Below are positions 28,230-39,300 of a stretch of 64,000 nt of DNA, piece after piece. The stretch comes from Bacteroidota bacterium. Its GTDB lineage: Bacteria; Bacteroidota; Ignavibacteria; UBA10030. Every line of letters begins with the position of its first letter. The first letter of the stretch is position 1. The stretch spans positions 870-64,869 of the forward strand of contig JAKAJH010000008.1 of NCBI GenBank assembly GCA_021813905.1, written 5' to 3'. The notes beneath the pieces were generated by a model that worked only from the letters and a program-made list of their open reading frames with translations, ran no database searches and was not told the DNA's origin. Both the position numbers and the translations under genes were made by a program.

Positions 28230-28676
28230 ATGCCGCAACTCCTGCTTCCACACGAGCCGTATGTGACCACGGAACAGCTTCTGGCCGACATCCGCCGCAC
28301 CGCAGAGCGGCTCCGTCGGCCCACGCTCACGCTTCGTGAATACCGCGAACACGGCAGTTATGATCTGCGTCGGATGTACGGGGTGTTCGGATCGTGGTTC
28401 ACCGCACTGCACGACGCCGGACTTCAGCCGTCGCGGACTCAGCTTCGGGTTTCAAAAGCGGATCTGCTGGCGGACGTCAAGCGGGTTGCCCGCACGCGAT
28501 CACAGGAAACGCTGACCATCGGCGACTACAATCGCCTCGGCAAGTATCATGCAGCGACCGTGGCGCATGCGTTCGGAGGATGGACGCTCGCGATGGAGCA
28601 CGCGGGATTGCGTACGGGGGGAAAGGTGCGTGGGCGAAACCACGGATCGCCGTCACACCGTGGCCTTCGATCGTAG
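28230..28676 (+). CDS. protein with two tandem homing-endonuclease-associated-type repeats, function unknown
   Basis: Start at ATG MPQLLLPHEPY with a GGAGGG RBS 7 nt upstream. Two about 35-aa repeats: LTLREYREHGSYDLRRMYGVFGSWFTALHDAGL and LTIGDYNRLGKYHAATVAHAFGGWTLAMEHAGL. Confidence 0.5.
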   Translation: MPQLLLPHEPYVTTEQLLADIRRTAERLRRPTLTLREYREHGSYDLRRMYGVFGSWFTALHDAGLQPSRTQLRVSKADLLADVKRVARTRSQETLTIGDYNRLGKYHAATVAHAFGGWTLAMEHAGLRTGGKVRGRNHGSPSHRGLRS

Positions 28677-28713
28677 CGGGTGAGCTTGCGCAACGCGACG
28701 GCGCTCAACGCGC

Positions 28714-29895
28714 TCATGGCGCATCCATCATCTCTTCCAGGATCTTCCACCCGTACAGAAGAGCCCGGGGAAGATGGAACGGCCCCTTCCAGGCGGATCC
28801 TTTTAGAGGGGAGGAGACGGTTCCGTCGTGGTGCAGATATCCGTACCATTCACCGAACTGGCGGTCGGGGAAATGATCGAACGCCCACTGGTGAACTTTC
28901 CAGTACCATTCCTCGTACTTCGGATTCCCCGTCAACCGCAAGGCAAGAAGCAGCGCGTAGAGCGCTTCCGTGTGAGGCCACCAGAGTTTCATGTCCCATT
29001 CCAGCTGCTCCGGGGGCTTCCCTTCTGCATCCACGAAATAGAGCAGTCCGCCGAACTCCCGATCCCATCCCCAGGTCAGCGACCAGTCCAGGATCGTGAG
29101 CGCGGTACGCAGCAGTGCGTCATCGTGACGGAATCGTGCCTCGTGCATCAGGAACCAGCTGGTCTCAATGGCATGCCCCGGATTGATGCACCGTCCTTCC
29201 GGGGAGTCCATTCGTTCGCCGTTGGGTCCGACGGTCTCGAGCAGGGCGTGGATCTCCGGTTTCAGAAAGTACTGCTGGATCTCACGCAGCGCCCGATCAA
29301 CGATTTCGCGGCAAAGAGGATCGTCGCTCACCCTCCGGATCTCCTGCGTGGTTGCCATCAGGATCATCGGAATGGCATGTGCGCGCGACGTGCGTGTCTG
29401 CGGGATCACCTTGGGCATCAGCTGTTCCGGGTGCGTGTAGAGATGGGCGAGCAGCCGATAGATCTCCATCGCGGTGTTTAGGGCCCGGCGGTCACCTGAT
29501 GCTCTTCCGTACTCCGCACAGGCGATGGCGGCGAACGTTTCAGTGTAGAAGTAGCGGCGTTTCCGAAGTGGACGACCATCGCGGGTCACCAGGAAGTACA
29601 TGCGGCGATCGGTGTCGAAGCCGTGCCGCATGATAAATTCGTATCCGGAGCGCGCCTGCTGCAGCCACTCCTCCCGCTGTTCAACTTCCGTATAGAGTTT
29701 TGAGAACATCCAGACGGCCCGGCACTGGATCCACATCGCCTTGTCCGTGTTGTAGACCGCGCCGGTGCGGTCCACACAATTCAGAATCCCGCCATGCTCC
29801 GGATCGGGCGCATGCTCCATCCAGAACGGGATCACATCCTCCAGGAGTGTGGAGCGGTACTGATCGCGAAGCTGCCGGATCTGTTCAGTGGTCAT
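28714..29895 (-). CDS. N-acylglucosamine 2-epimerase (AGE) family protein
   Basis: 393 aa, all-alpha (alpha/alpha)6-type sequence with an AGE-like N-terminus (LLEDVIPFWMEHAPDPEHGGILNCVDRTGAVYNTDKAMWIQCRAVWMFSKLY) and C-terminal WWPHTEALYALLLA. Confidence 0.8.
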   Translation of the reverse strand: MTTEQIRQLRDQYRSTLLEDVIPFWMEHAPDPEHGGILNCVDRTGAVYNTDKAMWIQCRAVWMFSKLYTEVEQREEWLQQARSGYEFIMRHGFDTDRRMYFLVTRDGRPLRKRRYFYTETFAAIACAEYGRASGDRRALNTAMEIYRLLAHLYTHPEQLMPKVIPQTRTSRAHAIPMILMATTQEIRRVSDDPLCREIVDRALREIQQYFLKPEIHALLETVGPNGERMDSPEGRCINPGHAIETSWFLMHEARFRHDDALLRTALTILDWSLTWGWDREFGGLLYFVDAEGKPPEQLEWDMKLWWPHTEALYALLLALRLTGNPKYEEWYWKVHQWAFDHFPDRQFGEWYGYLHHDGTVSSPLKGSAWKGPFHLPRALLYGWKILEEMMDAP

Positions 29896-29905
29896 ACTGG
29901 CCCCT

Positions 29906-31060
29906 TCACTGCGACATTCTCACCGGTGTCCGTGCGTCCGTGTTTCGGGTCGCTGGTTTGATCCGGTAGGTACCCTTCACAAAATCACAGATGTCCTGGT
30001 AGTATTCCCGTTCGATCGGATCTGCATGCCGATGCATCCGTGCGAGCGAACCCACGCCGTGAAAGTGTGCACACGCCGATTCGGTCATGTAGCCGTACGT
30101 CACTCCGCCGTTCAGGTACTCTCGGAACCTCGCGTGCCGCTCTCCCTCAACAGCGATCGGCTCGTTGAGCTCAAGGTAGTATTCCATTTCGATCCCGGCA
30201 TTCCGGGCCAGGGCAGCATGCGCAGCCGCCTCGACCGTCTTGCCGCTCTTGTAAAACATGTAATTCGGCTGCAAGAAGGCCAGGTCAAAGTAGTACCGCT
30301 GGTAATCGTCGAGCAGATGCACGTTGTACGAGCTCCAAAACGGGATCCAGAGGAACTTCAGCCCGTGACGGTGCAGATGGGGCCGAAGCTCCTTGAGGAG
30401 CCAGTGGTCGTCCACATCCCATCCGCGATAGACAGTCTCGAACATCCAGTAGACGCCGAGCAGGTGCACATGTCCCCAGGATCGGCTGTTCCACCGCCGT
30501 ACGATCTCGTCCACCATCCACCGTTCCGCCTCAAGACGCTGCGCCGTTGCGCGGGCGAGATTCTGACGGGCGGTCGTGAAGTCCAGAGAGCGCGACGCGC
30601 CGTCAGGGGTGCCGAAATCCGCCTGTGTGATATGCGGATACGGAAGCATCAGCACCACATTGCGCCGGTGCGTGGGAAACCTCCCAATGTCCGACGCGCA
30701 TCGGGCGACGGTCTGATCGAGCGTCTCGACCGCGCCGGATGGACCAAGGTAGAACTCGAGAAGCTCCCGCCAGTCTTCCAGATTCGCGGGCCTTGGGGAG
30801 CACACCGGCGTGAAGTCTCCCTCGCCCGACATGGTCGTTCCCACATTCACGTCGGCACAGAAGTCGCGCCCGGAGGACGCGCTGACATTCAGGAATAGAA
30901 ATGAGTCGAACAGCCAGTCCGTCGGACGTCCGTCCTGGTCCATTCGAGCAACGAGATATTTCAGATCGTCGAACGCCCACGCTGTATGGGCGTTGCCGTA
31001 CATCAGCATCAGATGTCGAAGATGATTGAATTGAGGATCGTCTTGTGGAAAATACGCCAT
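29906..31060 (-). CDS. DUF4855-like protein (glycan-locus associated, function unknown)
   Basis: 384 aa, no signal peptide. The family assignment is from memory of Bacteroidota DUF4855 proteins that neighbour AGE genes. It is not motif-proven. Confidence 0.4.
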   Translation of the reverse strand: MAYFPQDDPQFNHLRHLMLMYGNAHTAWAFDDLKYLVARMDQDGRPTDWLFDSFLFLNVSASSGRDFCADVNVGTTMSGEGDFTPVCSPRPANLEDWRELLEFYLGPSGAVETLDQTVARCASDIGRFPTHRRNVVLMLPYPHITQADFGTPDGASRSLDFTTARQNLARATAQRLEAERWMVDEIVRRWNSRSWGHVHLLGVYWMFETVYRGWDVDDHWLLKELRPHLHRHGLKFLWIPFWSSYNVHLLDDYQRYYFDLAFLQPNYMFYKSGKTVEAAAHAALARNAGIEMEYYLELNEPIAVEGERHARFREYLNGGVTYGYMTESACAHFHGVGSLARMHRHADPIEREYYQDICDFVKGTYRIKPATRNTDARTPVRMSQ

Positions 31061-31068
31061 GGCAGTGG

Positions 31069-33279
31069 TTAAGCCTGTTTTCGTGAGAGAACAACAACGG
31101 CAGGTTCCTGCGGTGCAAATCGCTCCAGCTCCGTGCGCAGCAGCGAGAGCATTTGTTCCTTGCCCATCAGTCCCGTGAGATCAATGATCCGGTGGTGAAC
31201 GATAATATAGACATCCGGCTCGAGTCCTCCGGCATCGCCGTAGGTCGTCGCCTCATCGATGAAGCGTCCGAGATCGGTGACGGCCTGCCCCGCGGTGCTT
31301 GCGTGGACATCCGCATGACCGCACTTCAGCCGTACGATGCCCTCCCGGTCGACGACCCGGACCGGTCGCACCACCGACCGGAGCAGTCCGAGAAACCGAG
31401 ATCGAACGGCGGCGACCTGGATGACGGTGAGAAATTCCGTCCGGGCAGCCACGCGGCATTCTGCGGGTGCCACGCGACAGGATTCTGCGGCTGTCCGGAG
31501 GATCTCCTCCGCCGACACAGTCCGCACCGAGGGCATTCGGGTACGAAGTTCCGGCACTCCGGTCGCCGTTGCCATCAGCTTTCGCTGACGCGCATCCACT
31601 TCCACAAACACCTCGATCGACTCGGGTGACGCGCCCATCCGGGCTACCGACGCCTCCGCGTCCGTCCGGATCCGGAGAATATCTGCTGCCGTCGGCTGAG
31701 CGATATTCCGTTCGATCGTATCACGGATCATTCCCAGCGCGACACCGATCGCAGAGATCACCTCGGCGTTCTTCGCAATGGCATGCTGCATCCCGAGACG
31801 TCGTGCAACGGCCGGGACTACCGTTTCCGCCCCACCCCCGCCTCCGACACACACGAACAGTGCGGGATCCACCCGGTATTCGCGGATGAACTGCTGCGCC
31901 GGCTCCGCGAGCTTTCCCGCCACGATCTCAAGAATCTCCTGCGCCACGGCATCCCCTGCACGGCGAAACGTCGCCGCCAGCGCACGCCCCAACGCACCAA
32001 TCGCACCGGCATTGCCCCGCGCGTACGAGGTAGGAATCCGGAGGACGTTCGCAGCATCCGTGACTGTGAGCGCGAACTCGGGGCGCTGCCCCGCCGTGCT
32101 GCTGATGCCCACGTAGTCAGGCGGATCGGATGGCAACGGTTGCACGTCCGCACAGGCCGAATCGCCGAGTTCCTGCTCGGTCGCGAAGGACGGATACCGC
32201 AGTCCGGCGATATGTGCCGATCGCGGTCCCACGTCCACAATCCGCTGATGCTTCGATCGTACCATCGATCCACCGCCAATGCCGACCGTCCGGATGTCCA
32301 GCGTTCGGACGTAGAGCTTGTGTCCGCCCACTTCCGCAGAACGGACCATCGGCCGCCCGTTGCGAATGATCGACACGTCCGTACTTGTGCCTCCGACCTC
32401 GAAGAACAGCCCATCGGAGATCCGGACGAACATCAGCGCAGCCGCGACACCCGCCGCGGGACCCGACAGCATCGTGAGGATCGGACGCCGCCGCATCTCG
32501 TCGATCGTCATGATCCCGCCGTCGCTGCGCATGATCATCAGCGGGGCGCCGATTTTCATTCGGCGGACCGAGCGCTCGGTGAGGTTCGCCGTCTCGAGCA
32601 TCTTGGGGAGCATACAGGCATTAATGACTGCCGTGCGGGTGCGCACGCGCAGACCGTACAATTCTGAAATTTCCGACGCGGCCGTCACCAGATCGCCCCG
32701 GGAGCGGATGAGCTCTGCCGCCTTCCGTTCCCGCGCGGGATCCTCGATGCTGTAGGCTTCACTGACCACGAACACTTCCGCCCCCTCGCCGCGCAATTCG
32801 TCGACGAGGGACAGGAGCCGCTGACCATCCACGCCGTCCGAAGAATCGAGGAACCGGTGATAGGTCCGGATGAATTTGCCGGGTGCCAGCTCGATCGCCC
32901 CCACTCGGGATTGGTGGCGCGCACGCCAGAGGTCGCGGCCGGGGGACATGCCGATGATGCCCACGCGAGCGACATCACCTTCCAGCAGGGCATTGGTGGC
33001 CTGCGTCGTGCTGTGGGCCACCAGAATGACATCAGCGGGACGGATCTTTGTCGACGCAAGGAGCTTCTCCATCGACCGAACAACGCCTTCGGCGACCCCG
33101 GAGCGGGCCTGATGCGTCGTCGGCACCATGGCGGTGCCCACGAGGGCGAGCGTTGCGGCATCCAGCGCAACCGCATGCGTAAAGGTTCCGCCGACATCGA
33201 TGCCGATCTTGACCCGCCGGCGGGATGCGGTGCCGCGTGCGGCGGACCGCCGGGGCGATATGCGGGAAGTGCGTGCCAT
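31069..33279 (-). CDS. hydantoinase/oxoprolinase A (HyuA-like) ASKHA-fold ATPase family protein
   Basis: The track ORF starts at GTG 33330. I prefer the ATG MARTSR at 33279. That ATG overlaps the upstream stop as TGATG. The N-terminal KIGIDVGGTFTHAVALD matches the HyuA N-domain signature (IGIDVGGTFTD). Length about 735 aa. Confidence 0.7.
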   Translation of the reverse strand: MARTSRISPRRSAARGTASRRRVKIGIDVGGTFTHAVALDAATLALVGTAMVPTTHQARSGVAEGVVRSMEKLLASTKIRPADVILVAHSTTQATNALLEGDVARVGIIGMSPGRDLWRARHQSRVGAIELAPGKFIRTYHRFLDSSDGVDGQRLLSLVDELRGEGAEVFVVSEAYSIEDPARERKAAELIRSRGDLVTAASEISELYGLRVRTRTAVINACMLPKMLETANLTERSVRRMKIGAPLMIMRSDGGIMTIDEMRRRPILTMLSGPAAGVAAALMFVRISDGLFFEVGGTSTDVSIIRNGRPMVRSAEVGGHKLYVRTLDIRTVGIGGGSMVRSKHQRIVDVGPRSAHIAGLRYPSFATEQELGDSACADVQPLPSDPPDYVGISSTAGQRPEFALTVTDAANVLRIPTSYARGNAGAIGALGRALAATFRRAGDAVAQEILEIVAGKLAEPAQQFIREYRVDPALFVCVGGGGGAETVVPAVARRLGMQHAIAKNAEVISAIGVALGMIRDTIERNIAQPTAADILRIRTDAEASVARMGASPESIEVFVEVDARQRKLMATATGVPELRTRMPSVRTVSAEEILRTAAESCRVAPAECRVAARTEFLTVIQVAAVRSRFLGLLRSVVRPVRVVDREGIVRLKCGHADVHASTAGQAVTDLGRFIDEATTYGDAGGLEPDVYIIVHHRIIDLTGLMGKEQMLSLLRTELERFAPQEPAVVVLSRKQA

Positions 33280-34796
33280 CAATAGAAATACATCCCGGCC
33301 ACCACGAGCCCGAGGATCGCGACGCCCCACGCATACGGAAGCGTTCGCCAGAGGATCTCATTCACGCCGACGCGGAGTTCGTTCGCGACCCAGACATTTT
33401 GCGTGTTGGTCGGATCGCTGACCCCCTGGATCATGCCGAGCGACATGAGGATCCCCATGACGCCTCCGGCCGGGACTCCCGTTGCCAGAAGCACGCCGCC
33501 GACTCCGTAGCCGAGGCCCCACACGTTCAGCGGTCCCCGGTACAAAGCCAGCGGACCGAGCAAGGCAAAGATGAGGATATAGGACAACCGGGATCCCGGC
33601 ACGATCGATTCGATGAGCGGCTTCATGTCGCCGGTCACCGGCCATTCGCGCTGGGTGGTGACTCCGGGCGCTGCAGCGGCTGGTGCCGACACGGCCGGCA
33701 CGCTGTACCACGAGGCTCCGGGTCCGTTCCGCGTGGGGCCCAGGATCGCGCTGATCAGCATGCCGATGCCCATCATCAGCACGACCGCCGGCATCACGCT
33801 GGCGCTTCCCTCGAGGATCGAGCGCGACAGCATATTCAGCGATCCCCGCCGCAACGTCGTCAGCCACCCATAGGCGATGCCGCAGAGGAATGCGGTGATA
33901 AACGGCATGCCGAAGACCAGGATCAGCAAGAGCGGAACCACGGTTGTCAGGTAGGCGTACGAGTGGACGACCGGTGCGCGTTCCGATGAACGCCCCCTCC
34001 AGTAATCGCGGATGGCCAGGGCAATGCCCATCGCGAGCGCGGCAAACGTGGCAATACGGAGGACAAGAATCAGTGAGGTCCATTCCACCTGTTCGATGAG
34101 TGCGCCGAGGATCACGATGCCTGCAACGAGCCCCAGCATCCATCCGATGGACGAACGGATCACGGCGATCCGAACCGTGCCGGACCGGATCAGCTCGATC
34201 GTCACAAAGATCACCACACCGGCCATGGAGACGCCGAAGAGCATGAGCGCATACGATGCCACGGCGGCATCGGGCAGGCGCAGGACGGTCTTGTAGAGCG
34301 CCCAGTTGTTCGCGTTGAGGAGGCCGCCGATGCTGATTCCGAACAGAAGGATGCCGCCGCTGATGACCTCCCGGATGCCGATGGAGGCGAGGATTGGCAG
34401 GACGATCGTGCCGACCATGATGACCGCTCCCAATCCGCCGATCGTGGTGAACAGCAGCGCGATCAGCGCCGTCATCAGGATCGAGACGAGCCAGGGATTG
34501 TCGCCGGCCAATTCCGCACCGCGCCGCACGATATTTTCGGCCACACCGGATTTCTGGAGCAGAACGCTCAGGATCCCGCCGAACATTGAGATGATCATCG
34601 GTTCATAGAGCCGAACCGCACCATCGGCGATGACGATCAGAGAACAATCCGCCAGCGTGATCCGTCCCGAGAGGACTTCGATCACACCGATGCCGACCGC
34701 CATGAGGGGCAATGCAAGGAGGGCGGGAAGCTTCCGGAAGAACATCAGAAGCGCCGCAATGACGAAGAGCAGGAGGATAAGAACAGGAATGATCAT
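33279..34796 (-). CDS. ion-transporter (IT) superfamily permease (GntP/DcuC/CitMHS-like)
   Basis: 505 aa, polytopic, Gly-rich re-entrant-like segments (FGISIGGLLNANNW, MMGIGMLISAILGP). The stop is translationally coupled to the HyuA-like gene. Confidence 0.6.
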   Translation of the reverse strand: MIIPVLILLLFVIAALLMFFRKLPALLALPLMAVGIGVIEVLSGRITLADCSLIVIADGAVRLYEPMIISMFGGILSVLLQKSGVAENIVRRGAELAGDNPWLVSILMTALIALLFTTIGGLGAVIMVGTIVLPILASIGIREVISGGILLFGISIGGLLNANNWALYKTVLRLPDAAVASYALMLFGVSMAGVVIFVTIELIRSGTVRIAVIRSSIGWMLGLVAGIVILGALIEQVEWTSLILVLRIATFAALAMGIALAIRDYWRGRSSERAPVVHSYAYLTTVVPLLLILVFGMPFITAFLCGIAYGWLTTLRRGSLNMLSRSILEGSASVMPAVVLMMGIGMLISAILGPTRNGPGASWYSVPAVSAPAAAAPGVTTQREWPVTGDMKPLIESIVPGSRLSYILIFALLGPLALYRGPLNVWGLGYGVGGVLLATGVPAGGVMGILMSLGMIQGVSDPTNTQNVWVANELRVGVNEILWRTLPYAWGVAILGLVVAGMYFY

Positions 34797-34842
34797 GGCC
34801 GGAGATTCCGCTGCGCGTCCCGCGGCCCCCGCGAATGGGCGG

Positions 34843-36234
34843 TCATAGCCGTCCTCCCTGCACCTTCAGCGCCGCGCGCACGTCCCGTCCGTCGATCGCG
34901 CGTGGCGTGATCCCCCTGCGGATGGAAAGCGCGGAGGCCACCGCCGCCGCTTCCCCCATCGCCCGGCAGTTGGACTGAATGCGGATCGAACTCTGGGCCA
35001 GAAACGAGGCGGACAGACACCGACCGGCCACCAGAAGGTTTTCGACGTTCCGTGGGACCAGGCTCCGGTACGGCACTTCGTGATATTCCCCGGCGGGCAG
35101 CCGGCCGCCGCCCGGCATGGGTTTTTCGGAATCACTGTGGACATCGAGCGGATAATTGTTCCGGAGGATCGCATCATCGAATTTCCTCGCGCCCAGGACA
35201 TCCTCCACGGTCACCGTATATTCCCCGCGTATCCGGCGGGATTCCCGGACGCCGACCATCGGCGCCGTCATAACCAAGTACGCCTGCTCGCATCCCGGCA
35301 CGTATCGACGAAAGAACGCCACATAGCGCTGGACGATGCGACGGGCCTGCATTTGCGCGCGTGTCAAGTGAAACGGATCAGTTCCATCCGTCTCGAGACT
35401 GATGCGGGGACAGTTCAGCGCCAGCTCGCCCGGACGTCCCGCCATCGTGAACGCCTGAAAGTAGTTGCCGTCGGTCGGCTGCAAGACGCCATCCTTCACC
35501 GCCGTGCGAAAGAGCGGCTCGAGCGTCCAGCCTTTCTCCCACACCATCGCCGTGTGGATCAACGGGACATCCGTTCCCTCGGCCTGCTCCATCACATCGT
35601 GCCGGCCCAGGGAGCGAAGGAACGCGGCGAGACGCGCCAGATCGACATTCCCGAGGTTGAACCGGACCGAGAACGGCTGATTCTTCCCTGTCTCCGGGTC
35701 GCCAATCTCGCACGGCACGCCCGACCGGAATGCCACATCTGCATCGCCGGTGCAGTCGATCACGCGTTTTGCCAGAAGCGCACTGCGCCCGGCTTTGTTC
35801 ACAACCACGATTCCGCGAACTTCCGTCTCCGCGACGATCACATCCTCGACAAATGTATAATAGAGTAGTTCCGCCCCGGCTTCCTGATTCATCTCCTCCA
35901 GGAGACTCTTCAGCGTCTCCGGATTGAACCAGCCACGGTTGCCGTCCTTCCAGACACCGGACTCACGCCGCTCGATCAGGCGGGTGTTGATCTCGAAATC
36001 GATCCCGCCGTTCAGCGGAACGCCCTCGACCTGATTCGGCATCATCGGCGTGACGAGCGCTCCCGTCTGCGATCCGCCGAGGAAGCCGAATTGCTCGACC
36101 ACGAGCGTCTTCATCCCCTGTCGTGCGGCCGCGATCCCGGCAACAGCGCCGGCGGTCCCGCCGCCGACAACCAGGACATCGACGTCGCGCAGGATCGGAA
36201 TGGTTTGCTCGGAGAGTGATCGGTGCGTGAGCAT
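34843..36234 (-). CDS. FAD-dependent oxidoreductase (FAD_oxidored / GIDA-like Rossmann)
   Basis: Start moved from track 36327 to internal MLTHRSL... The dinucleotide-binding motif is VLVVGGGTAGAVAGIAAARQGMKTLVVEQ. Length about 463 aa. Confidence 0.75.
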   Translation of the reverse strand: MLTHRSLSEQTIPILRDVDVLVVGGGTAGAVAGIAAARQGMKTLVVEQFGFLGGSQTGALVTPMMPNQVEGVPLNGGIDFEINTRLIERRESGVWKDGNRGWFNPETLKSLLEEMNQEAGAELLYYTFVEDVIVAETEVRGIVVVNKAGRSALLAKRVIDCTGDADVAFRSGVPCEIGDPETGKNQPFSVRFNLGNVDLARLAAFLRSLGRHDVMEQAEGTDVPLIHTAMVWEKGWTLEPLFRTAVKDGVLQPTDGNYFQAFTMAGRPGELALNCPRISLETDGTDPFHLTRAQMQARRIVQRYVAFFRRYVPGCEQAYLVMTAPMVGVRESRRIRGEYTVTVEDVLGARKFDDAILRNNYPLDVHSDSEKPMPGGGRLPAGEYHEVPYRSLVPRNVENLLVAGRCLSASFLAQSSIRIQSNCRAMGEAAAVASALSIRRGITPRAIDGRDVRAALKVQGGRL

Positions 36235-36344
36235 GGAATGGTTCAGTACCCCCGGAGCTCCGGAGATCTCCCATCCCCGGTGTGCACTGGAGTTGAAGGT
36301 ATGCACCCTCAACTCCAGATGCAACACACCGGAGCGGGATGTTC

Positions 36345-39300
36345 TTACTTCAGCAACATCAGTTTCTTGACATTTATAAATCGCGTCCCGTCAGCCCCCG
36401 TCGCTTCGATGCGATAGAAGTACACGCCGCTCGCGAGCGCATTCGCGTTGAAGGTGACTGCATGCGTTCCGGGCATCAGCTGGTTCTCGAGAAGATCCGC
36501 CACCTGCTGGCCGAGCATGTTGTACACCTTTAGCGAGACCTTCGCGTTCATCGGAAGCGTGAACCGGATCGTCGTCGCCGGATTGAAGGGATTGGGATAG
36601 TTCTGATCGAGACTGAACTGCCTCGGCAGCGCATCCGGCGTCGGTTCGACAGCCGTGGTCGTGCCCTTCGTGTAATAGGCGGCGATCCAGAGATCGATGT
36701 CAATTTGCCAGGAATAGGTCGTGTTTGTGAAGTCATTGTACGTGCTGTCACTGAACATCTCCCAGACCCGGTTGGCGTTGTTGCCCTCCCCGTTCTTGTC
36801 GGAGTACAGCGCGATCGTATCGTTCCCCGACGTGGTGAATTCAAAACCGATGAACGCCGGACCGGTCAGGGTCACGGGGGCATTCAGGACGAACGTATTG
36901 CCGTTGACCGTGTCGATCTTGTCGGTCGTGATCATCGTGCTGGCAATGGTGGCGCCGGGAGCGCCGTTGGGCATCACCGGTTTCACGTCGAGCTTCACAG
37001 TATCCGGAGATCCGACAATCTGCTTGTATCCAAAGTAGAACGTAAATCCCGACAACTTGTCGCCGGCCGTGAAGTCAAAGCGCTGGTACTTCCCAAGATC
37101 GCCGTAACTGTTGGTGCCGACGATATAGCCGGCGCCGTAGGGATTCTTGAGAAGATTCTTCGTCGTGCCGTAGAACAGCGTGTCAAGACCACTGATCGCC
37201 ACAGACGCACTGTTGGCAAACGCTGCGACGCCGTTGTTGGTCCCCATGATGAAGACCAGGAAGTTGTCGTTCGCCAGCGGCAGATAATCCACCGCCCCCG
37301 TGCCGTTCAGATTGGCCACGTTGCCGATGGACGGTGAGCGGTAGGCCTCGAACGGCTTCAGCGGATCCGTGATATCGACGAGCGTGAACCGCTCATCCGT
37401 GTACGGGGTGCCGTCGTTCGGATAGTAGCACACGAGATACTTCTTGCCCGCCAGGGTCATGTACTTGATATCCGTGACGTCGGTCCCGATCACCGCCGAG
37501 GAAACGCTATCGATCAACGCGCCCGCCGACGTGTAGTGGTAGACCTGCTTGCCGTACGACTTGATGTAGAGCTTCGTATCCGGCGCAAGCGCCACATTCG
37601 GGTTGCTGCCCATGGGGCCGTTCGCGATCGTCAGGATCAGCGGCGTGAACGTCATGCCATGGTCGGCTGTTGTAAACTTGACGACCTTGTCCTTGCCGGA
37701 CGCCGCAACAAAGATCGTCAGCGTATTATCGCTCGCATTTCCGAAGACGGAGATGATGTCGCCGAGCCGGCAGCCGGAGAGACCGGCGTCCGTGTAGTTG
37801 ATGACCGTGAGCGCCGTGTCTGTTTCGCTGTTCCAGCGATAGAGCTTGAACGCCGAGGTCGACGCGTCGAGCGTCATGTTTCCGGCGAAGATGATGCCGT
37901 CATCCGAGACATCGACGAAATTGAGCGGGAACGTCCCGCCGGTCACCGAGGCCTGCGGGAAGATCGTGCCGACGCTGTCGCCCTTCAGCGCATCGAAGAT
38001 GACGATGCGCGGTCCGCCGGTGCGCGCGACGACGTACACGCGGTCCTTGCCGCCGACCTTGCCGTATGCCATACCGCGCTCATAGTTCCCCGTCGAAAAA
38101 TAGGACGGGAAGGTTCCAGCAGCCTGGGTTTTGGCCCACACCGGATACACCGGTTGCGCCGGCGGCACGATCACGATCTTGTACGTGGCAGATGCGATAT
38201 CGCTCGGAAGCATCCCGGCCGCGTAGGCGATCGCTTTTACCGTCGTCAGCGTGTCGCTGATCTGCAGCGAATCCGCGAACAATGTTCCGGTCGTGGAATC
38301 GGGATCCGCGCCGCTCAGCGTGTAGTAGATCTTCGCGTTAAGCGTGCTGACGGACAGTTTGATCCAGATCGGATTGTTGTACGTTCCCGCCAACGGCGTG
38401 AATTCCGGCGTGGCCACCTTGGACGGCGGTGTAAAGACGTACGCCCCGATCCCGTTGTTTGTGCCCAGGACATAAATTGTCTCCGTGCCGTCGCCATTCG
38501 CTTTGAGGCTTACGTCACCCGTCCCGTTGGCGTTGGAGACCGAACCCATCGGCGAGGTCGTGCCCATGGAGACGGCCGACCCCAGACCGTTTGTGATGTC
38601 CACGATGCGTGCAAACTCATTGCCGGCACCATAGGTGTAGACCGCGAGATACTTCTTCGCATTCAGCTCAAAGTACCGAAGGGCGTTGCTGCCCGTGCCG
38701 ACGATCGAGCCAGAGATCGAATCCACCAACGTGCCGTTCGCAAGGTACCGTTTCACATACGTGCCATTCGAATTCACAAAGAACTCCGAGGCGTCGTTGT
38801 TCAGACACACCGCGGGCGATCCGCTCACCGGCGCACCTGTGAACGTGATCTCCGTCGGCGTGAAAGTCTTCCCGCTGTCGGCCGTCGCGAACTGTACGAG
38901 CTTTGTATTGCCGGCCGCCACCGCCCAGATCTTCACCGTGCTGTTGGCCGTCGAACCCGTCACGGTGATCTTGTCGCCGTACCGCAGCGTCGAGCCGGTA
39001 TAGCTCACGACGAGCTGCGGCGTCGCGGATTCGTTCTTCCACTGATAGATCTTGAACGCGGAGGTGCTGGCGTTGGTCGTCAGGTTGCAGACATAGATCA
39101 CGCCATCTGTCGAGACTTCAGCATCGTTGACCCACAGTGTACCTGACGCGATCGTCGCCAGGCCCGTTGTGTCGAGTCGGCCGACGCTGTCGCCCGTCGC
39201 CGCATTGAGGACGTACACCTGGTTGCCGGACTTGCGCCCGACCAGATACATCCGGTCAGCCGGGCCATAGTTGACGGGATTCAGCGTGTATGCGCCGATT

